Of a stretch of 64,000 nt of DNA, positions 58,346-64,000 are shown in pieces. Each line of letters starts with the position of its first letter. Position 1 is the first letter of the stretch. The DNA is taken from contig JBAXBA010000004.1 of assembly GCA_037142195.1 (NCBI GenBank), positions 1 through 64,000 of the forward strand, given 5' to 3'. This DNA comes from Pseudomonadota bacterium. Lineage in GTDB: Bacteria; Bdellovibrionota_B; Oligoflexia; Oligoflexales; CAIMVM01. The notes under the pieces are model-generated. The model had not been told where the DNA came from. It ran no database searches and saw only the letters and a program-made list of their open reading frames with translations. The position numbers were made by a program, and so were the translations under genes.

Positions 58346-58565
58346 CATTATGATGTCAAAGAGTCTCGAGGTCTAAAGGGGTATTGAAAAAATGTTGCTT
58401 TCTTGGGCCTAGAATCGCCACAAAAATCTTCAGTTGAACTCCATTGCTGCAAATTCATACCGGCGGGGTGAGGGGAATATTTCAGAAAGTGGCTTGATTT
58501 TCTTACTTTCAGAAATTCTTTAACCCAATCTCCAGAGTTATCTGATTAGGATTTAGAACAAGTTT

Positions 58566-58598
58566 AAAAGCGAGGAGCTAAAAATCCCTCGCTTTTTT
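58566..58598. terminator. Hairpin terminator downstream of the TA-like pair
   Basis: AAAAGCGAGG / CCTCGCTTTT stem with A/T runs on both sides. Confidence 0.6.
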
Positions 58599-58667
58599 AC
58601 GGCCCTAGTAGTCATCCAGTGCGCGATCGGATTTTAGAATGTTCTTTCTGCTATACCTAAGGTTTCG

Positions 58668-58979
58668 TTAAGAGACCAATTTATTTAGATCTTCCGGTTT
58701 AATGCGATACTCTCGGCCAACTTTTTTAGGTTTCAGTTTTCCGGATTCAATCCACCGCAAAATCGTGCGTTCGGATTTATTCAGGTATTTAGCAGCCGCT
58801 TCAACGGTAAACCAAGGATGATCTGCTTTTGAAATTTCAAGTATTTGAATTTCTACAAGTTCCCCTGAACGGTCAAAGCCGGCAAATACATTCGGAGTAA
58901 TTTCATCATCACGAGAAACTCTAGCTTCTTTAAATATAATCGAAAGTGCATCAGCTTTTTTGTCAAAAGTTATTTTCAT
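58668..58979 (-). CDS. DUF2283-like antitoxin fused to an excisionase-like HTH (HTH_17)
   Basis: MKITFDKKADALSIIF...FDRSGELVEIQIL, then FTVEAAAKYL..SERTILRWI..GKL..KVGREYRI. ATGA overlap with the upstream gene. Confidence 0.8.
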   Translation of the reverse strand: MKITFDKKADALSIIFKEARVSRDDEITPNVFAGFDRSGELVEIQILEISKADHPWFTVEAAAKYLNKSERTILRWIESGKLKPKKVGREYRIKPEDLNKLVS

Positions 58980-59242
58980 GGATATGTTCTCCAATTGACG
59001 AGGGCGGTGATTACTACGAGAGTTGGGCCCTCCACAGCTATCGACAAACTGACCGCGTTGTCGCTACGGCCAGAAATTGATTTGTAGACCCAATACTTAT
59101 TTTCTTCTGACTTTTTCATTACAATCCCACTTTCAATCACGTCGACAATCATATTTAAAGAAATTTCCCTTAAAACCATGCGCTGGCGGACGTGCTCCGT
59201 CATCACAAACTTAAACTTTCGCTTTAGGAAAACGACTTCCAT
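58976..59242 (-). CDS. DUF4258-like putative RNase toxin
   Basis: TEHVRQRMVLREIS..I.DVI..G...LVVITA; 88 aa; translationally coupled to the DUF2283 gene. Confidence 0.75.
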   Translation of the reverse strand: MEVVFLKRKFKFVMTEHVRQRMVLREISLNMIVDVIESGIVMKKSEENKYWVYKSISGRSDNAVSLSIAVEGPTLVVITALVNWRTYP

Positions 59243-59790
59243 CTCTTACCCTACTATATATATTGTCATATAATGTCAAATATAAACACGACGTTTAGTC
59301 ACACAACTTCGTGGGCACTCCCGCAGCGCTTTTACTGAGAGAACCAGAAAATGCCTCGCTCGGATCAGTTGAGCAACTTCAGCAGTTTTCAACCTCACAC
59401 GTAAGTGACCAGAACAAAAGGACTTCCAACCATTCAGCTACCCAAAAAACGATTCAGATTTCGCAATCTTTTGCTCCCGATGGCTGGCTGCAATGTGTAT
59501 CAATAAATCTGACGATTCAGGCTTAGAAATATACTTGGGCAAAAAAGAAGTTTGAACAGACAGGTGTAAGTAAGGCTTAGCCCATGTCTGAACAAACTGC
59601 AGACTGAAAACCAATAGGAGCAGGAACGTCCTACTGAAATTAAACGCACTGCGTCAGTTCATGAGCTTTGTGTAATTGACGTGTGAATTTTCGCTCCGCG
59701 GGCAACTGTTGCTTGAGTAATTCCCCCAGGTTGCAAGGATATTTTAAGACTTTTTTAAGAAAGTTACTCCAACTCCCTAGTTCGGGGAGG

Positions 59791-60429
59791 TTAGGATAGG
59801 CAGGGAGTGAGGCGGACCGCTTTGTTGGTCTCAATCCTTAACTGTCTTGCTGCTATTATCTTCTGTTTAAGTTCCATCTTTTTCTCTGCTGTCCAGCTAC
59901 CAGTTATGATTTCTTCTGGAGTAGCTCCTTTCAAAGCTGAATGGGGAATACAAGTGTTTCTTTCAGTGAGATAGAAATCAGTACCTTTTACTAGCGATTC
60001 AATACTAGACAGGAGAATGGTAAATAAATACCGGTGTTTCATTCTATGAAAAAGCATTTCTACCATTGATTTACTTTGTTCGATATCGATCTGGGCAATC
60101 GTCATTGAAGTTGACCCTGAATCAACAAGAACATCTACTTTTTCGTTGATGTTCTCACATCCGCTATCAACTTGAACATTTGGTTTCATTTCTAGTCCCA
60201 ACGAAATCGCTTTTGCTAAAGCTTTCTTTATAAGTTCTTTGGTTCTAGCACCACCGTAGTCTTTAGATACTTTCCAAGCTAGGACGTACCTTGAATAATT
60301 GTCGATAATACATTGAACAAATGCCTTGGTGCCATCACCAAGCCAGAGAATTGTCTGATCTAAATGCTAGATTTGACCTGGAGCAGAAGTCCTAATTCCG
60401 ACCTTTGTCTTTGGAGGATAGATTCGAAT
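59791..60429 (-). pseudogene. Truncated rve-type DDE integrase/transposase
   Basis: The frame reads KVGIRTSAPGQI*HLD...IIDNYSR..LAW...VDSGCEN...SMVEMLF..PHSALKGATPEE. In-frame TAG at 60367-60369 replaces the conserved W; the N-terminus is missing. Confidence 0.85.
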
Positions 60430-60539
60430 TCAATCCAGACTGCAGAAAAGGGTTATACTTGGAGGAGTGGCTTGATTTTACTACTTACCCTAGATGACAT
60501 AAGAAAATTGGCCGAAGGATTGTAAAAACATGTTCCCTT

Positions 60540-61682
60540 TTAAATTTCGACAAAGCGCTGCCAAGGTAGTGCGTTGATGCGCCCAAAAATCTTAGCCTTT
60601 GTGTCTCGGGAAAGCAGATACAAGTCGGCATCGGGAAAATCAGAAGCAAAATTTTCAAGTCCCCTCAAGTGATCTTCGCGAACAAGTTCAGTCGATTTGA
60701 TCTCAACCAAAGCAAGGGGACGTCCAGGCCTCTCAATAACCAGATCAATTTCAGCACCAGAAGCGCTCATGAGATAAGAGAACCGGTAGTCGCGCTTCTC
60801 GTAACTACTTGTCATATGAAAGGCATTAACGAGAAACTGCTCAAATAAATCACCAAAGTAGCTTGTTCCCTCTTTCGGCTCCACCGATTGCATGCGAGCC
60901 AATGCTCTCGAGACACCGTTGTCGAAAAAGTAGAATTTAGGCGCTTGGCGTAGACGTTTCCGCACCGAGGAGTGGTACGCATCAAGATGGAATCCCAGCA
61001 AAGTATCTTCGAGAATCGAGTAGTATGATTGGACTGTTTTCGGGTCGACGCCAACATCACGGGCAATATTTGCCAGATTGACTATCTTTCCGAAATTAAT
61101 GGCAGCTATTTCGAGAAATTTCCGAAATGGCAGCAAATTACGCACTAGTTGCTCCGCCCAAACTTCCTCTTTTAGGTAAAGTTGGGAATAAGACTCTAGG
61201 TAGTCACGTTTGAGATCCCCAGAATCTAGCGAGAATATTTTTGGCAGGGTTCCCCAGCGAATGGACTCTTCAAGGGAAAAGCGATCACCGAGCTCTTGTG
61301 GGATCAAAGGAAAGAGATTTCTTAGAAAAGCTCTTCCGCCCAAAAGATTTGCCCCTCCAGCTTTAAGCTTTCTTGCGCTCGAACCGGTGAGAATAAAAAT
61401 TTTTTTGTTCCCTGGTTGCTCTATAAGCCGATGGACTTCATCCAACAGCTTAGGTATTTTTTGGATTTCATCGATAATCACATGTTGCGCATTACTTTTG
61501 GAGACTAGGGCTTCCAAGTGGTCTGGGGCGAGCATGAGTTCTTCTTCCGTTCGACTCTCAAGCAAATCGATGGTTAGTGCTTCCGGAAAGTGATAGCGCA
61601 ATAGGGTCGTCTTGCCGGTGCCTCGAGCTCCGAACAGAAAAAAGTCATGTTGTATTGGTAGCTTAATGATTCTCTGGAACAT
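60540..61682 (-). CDS. AAA_14 ATPase with DUF4143 / PD-(D/E)xK-like C-terminus
   Basis: GARGTGKT, IIDEIQK, LTGSS, PKFYFFDNG, EIDLVIE..VEIK. Confidence 0.9.
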   Translation of the reverse strand: MFQRIIKLPIQHDFFLFGARGTGKTTLLRYHFPEALTIDLLESRTEEELMLAPDHLEALVSKSNAQHVIIDEIQKIPKLLDEVHRLIEQPGNKKIFILTGSSARKLKAGGANLLGGRAFLRNLFPLIPQELGDRFSLEESIRWGTLPKIFSLDSGDLKRDYLESYSQLYLKEEVWAEQLVRNLLPFRKFLEIAAINFGKIVNLANIARDVGVDPKTVQSYYSILEDTLLGFHLDAYHSSVRKRLRQAPKFYFFDNGVSRALARMQSVEPKEGTSYFGDLFEQFLVNAFHMTSSYEKRDYRFSYLMSASGAEIDLVIERPGRPLALVEIKSTELVREDHLRGLENFASDFPDADLYLLSRDTKAKIFGRINALPWQRFVEI

Positions 61683-61708
61683 ATTCCCTATTTACCTCGC
61701 ATTTAAGG

Positions 61709-61737
61709 AGTATAGTCCTTTAGGATCATTATGTCAA
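61709..61737 (-). promoter_or_regulatory. Sigma70 promoter of the AAA ATPase gene
   Basis: TTGACA-17 nt-TATACT on the minus strand. Confidence 0.8.
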
Positions 61738-62011
61738 TTATTGTGGCTACTTGAACCTCGGCTCCCTCAAATCTCCAGCTCTTAGCAGTCCCATTCATGG
61801 GCTCAACGCATCTAAGATTTTAGTTCCGATCTCAATCATGTGGCGATTCTATCGCTAAATTAAATTTCTTCTAGACAGGCATCTAATAGGAAATGAATTG
61901 AGTTGGTGTGGCAGATGCGAAAGCTTACAGTTAAGCAAAGCCGCTGCTAATCTCTACAGCACGCAGCATAGGTTATACTCGGAAAAGTTGCATGATTTTA
62001 GTTAGTATTTT

Positions 62012-62122
62012 TTCAGCGGTTGAGACAGAGATTTTGGCAGAAATTGGCAGTTTCTAAGCTAAGTTTCAAAATCCTGTCTTAGGAAATAGAAAAAACCTCC
62101 TGCAACTGAAAGCGGAGGTTCT
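62012..62122. repeat. 111-bp structured direct repeat, copy B
   Basis: Matches 58235-58345 with 3 mismatches. Confidence 0.9.
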
Positions 62123-62223
62123 ATTTTTGAGGAATTAGTGTCTTAATGGTTAAGGGCGATTAAAAAACTTTTGCCTTCCTAAGCTTGGACGATGGTGGCT
62201 GTTGCGAAAATCTTTTGAGGGGC

Positions 62224-62269
62224 CTCATCCGCGCCCAGGGAGTATTGGTAGGGTTGAGGCGCGGATGAG
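62224..62269. other. 12-bp perfect inverted repeat with a 22-nt loop
   Basis: CTCATCCGCGCC (62224-62235) / GGCGCGGATGAG (62258-62269), downstream of the lipoprotein gene. Confidence 0.6.
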
Positions 62270-62337
62270 TTGCTAAATATAGAGAGTCATTGGCGGTCAA
62301 AGAAGATCAGCCTAAGATTGATTTTGAGCTGAGAACT

Positions 62338-63357
62338 CTAGTTCGCTTTTCCGAAGTCACATCCGCTGAAATCCATTTCAATTTCTGAAGAAACGACTCC
62401 TTCAACTTTTATTTCTGGGTCGGCAGCTTCAGCAAAAGTAACAGTAAAGGTCTTGGTAGTATCAGCATTTTTGATGGTTCCAACAATGCTTCCCGATACG
62501 GGGCGGCAGGAATCTTCTTCTTCAGAATTAACAAACTTAACTTGGCTATACTCGAGTTTGAATTCCACACCGTTATCCAGCGAACTTTCCAAGGTGCCAG
62601 ACTTAATCAACTTAGAAGAGAAGTCAGAATCATTTTTTTGTTCATCGACTAAAAGGTCAGTTGTTTTACTTGTTATTGTTAGAGCGGACTCGACGCCCTT
62701 CACGTCCGTTTTAATGGTTTTGGAGGAAGAACTGTTGATTTTTAATGAGTGGAGACTATAGCCGTTTGCATCCGGTGATCCTATGTTGGCTAAATATTCT
62801 ACTGTTCTTGTTCCTTCTTTCACAACAGACTTGGACCTTGTTTTTTTAGGACCGGTAGCTGTCGAACTCTTTGTGCGCGAATATTTCACATCTTTTTTTA
62901 GGCCAAGTTCCTTGCCGGCTACTAGCGAGAAATCTAGGTGATTCTCTGCGCACTTAAGTGCAATAGTGGGATGGCTCCAGATTCTGGTTTGGGAGTCTTT
63001 AAATGACATGGATTTTGAAACTCTTGATCCTCCAGCTGAGCCGTCAAAACTTTTGTCTAAGGAAATCGTTACGGTCTTGTCTGCGCCTTCTACGCAAGTA
63101 CGAGTGCTATTTGTTTTTGAGTCAATTGACTTAGAGCCTGAAAGCCCAAAACTCGCAGCGCTGCCATTAAGATTTGCTAGTTGGTCGGTGATTTCTTCTG
63201 CGGTGTCCGTCAACACATTGCCTTGAACTTCGCTGCTAGTGAGTGCTTCGGATGCCGAGATGGTTTCGGTCTTTCTGGCTTTTTCATTTGCGCCTCCACA
63301 TGCTGCCACCAAAAGTGCTACTGTCGATAATGAACATGTTCCCATTTTGAATTTCAT
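62338..63357 (-). CDS. Hypothetical Ser/Thr/Lys-rich, beta-rich lipoprotein
   Basis: VAAC lipobox; AGGAG RBS; C-terminal CRPVSGSI-type strand pattern. Confidence 0.75.
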   Translation of the reverse strand: MKFKMGTCSLSTVALLVAACGGANEKARKTETISASEALTSSEVQGNVLTDTAEEITDQLANLNGSAASFGLSGSKSIDSKTNSTRTCVEGADKTVTISLDKSFDGSAGGSRVSKSMSFKDSQTRIWSHPTIALKCAENHLDFSLVAGKELGLKKDVKYSRTKSSTATGPKKTRSKSVVKEGTRTVEYLANIGSPDANGYSLHSLKINSSSSKTIKTDVKGVESALTITSKTTDLLVDEQKNDSDFSSKLIKSGTLESSLDNGVEFKLEYSQVKFVNSEEEDSCRPVSGSIVGTIKNADTTKTFTVTFAEAADPEIKVEGVVSSEIEMDFSGCDFGKAN

Positions 63358-63415
63358 TTGCGCTCCTACTTTTTAAATGGAATCGGAGAACGGCTCCCCA
63401 ATTTTCATAGGAGAC

Positions 63416-63442
63416 TATTCGGCAATATAATTTTGCACCTTA
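63416..63442 (-). promoter_or_regulatory. Sigma28 (FliA)-type promoter
   Basis: TAAG-N15-GCCGAATA on the minus strand, upstream of the lipoprotein gene. Confidence 0.6.
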
Positions 63443-63745
63443 GAAAAACCTAATAGTTTATTAATTACGGCTAGATAGATTACATATATTTGTTTATATA
63501 ATTTGAAAGTGCATTTTTTGACCCCGATTTACACTCCGCCTGCTGGGTCGGTCGTAAGAGGTTGAAATAGTTTCCCAAAAACCTATTCAAACGGGGGCAT
63601 CCGTACTGTAACTGCCTGTAATAACTAGAGTATCGCCAGGTCTTGAAGGGGGCTGTATAAGAATTTTGTAATAGGAAAAGGTTGGTCTAATAAAAATGGA
63701 ATCGTCTCTTAGATTTTGTCGGTTTCTCCTTGAGCCATCTTTACC

Positions 63746-64000
63746 TTAGCTTTGTGCATGAAGGGGATGGGTGAACATTTCAAATTGAAGACCAAGATCT
63801 TTTTCGTTAGAAAGCTTTGCCATCATTTCATCGTCAAGGTCAATTTTAATATCTTGAGTATTGAATTCGACCAAAGCCTTAGGAAAGAGTGCTGCCAAGT
63901 GTACTTGCGTCGGCCCTTTTTTAAGCCGCATAGTGGAAGCTAAGCTTTCAATTCTCTTCTTTGCTTCCGATGGAATTTGATTTTGAGGGCTTTTGAAAAG
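63746..64000 (-). CDS. 3' end of a gene running off the window (possibly DNA polymerase III alpha C-terminus)
   Basis: Frame open to the window edge; KKGPTQVHL...IDLDDEMMAKL resembles the DnaE tail pattern. Confidence 0.4.
   Translation of the reverse strand, partial: LFKSPQNQIPSEAKKRIESLASTMRLKKGPTQVHLAALFPKALVEFNTQDIKIDLDDEMMAKLSNEKDLGLQFEMFTHPLHAQS

Noticed and set aside
59311..59526. 71-aa ORF in the islet
   Set aside because: No RBS or motif; probably decayed or non-coding sequence.
61712..61739. dif-like site (…TTATGTCAATT resembles a XerD arm)
   Set aside because: The XerC arm is poor, and the same bases are fully explained as a TTGACA-17-TATACT promoter on the minus strand.

Overview
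A 64-kb bacterial chromosomal segment. The gene content (pilMNOPQ, FlhG-like/J-HTH/rluD cluster, TGase-elicitor lipoprotein, FliG-domain orphan, sigma28-type promoters) suggests Bdellovibrionota, probably Oligoflexia; this is an inference. Most of it is housekeeping: hutI, cysS, pheST, aspartate aminotransferase, 6S RNA, rsmI, rluD, L,D-transpeptidase, dsbA-like, cbs, type IVa pilus pilMNOPQ, pgeF, degP, hutG, aroC, kdsB, rlmI, mtgA and thrABC. There are two accessory patches: a Fic/DUF4172 islet (about 37.3-39.3 kb) and an islet (about 58.2-62.2 kb) holding a DUF4258/DUF2283 TA-like pair, an integrase pseudogene and an AAA-DUF4143 ATPase. Main candidates for novelty: (i) a stand-alone 737-aa membrane protein resembling a natural FliF-FliG fusion, with a duplicated CxxxC periplasmic module and altered torque-helix charges, outside any flagellar operon; (ii) a 111-bp structured direct repeat plus a separate ~30-bp motif that recur at accessory-module boundaries; (iii) several apparent pseudo-enzymes (XRE-IrrE without HExxH, alpha/beta hydrolase without Ser/His, degenerate aspartokinase domain in ThrA, J-domain without HPD). 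All family calls come from motifs recognised by eye; no database searches were run.
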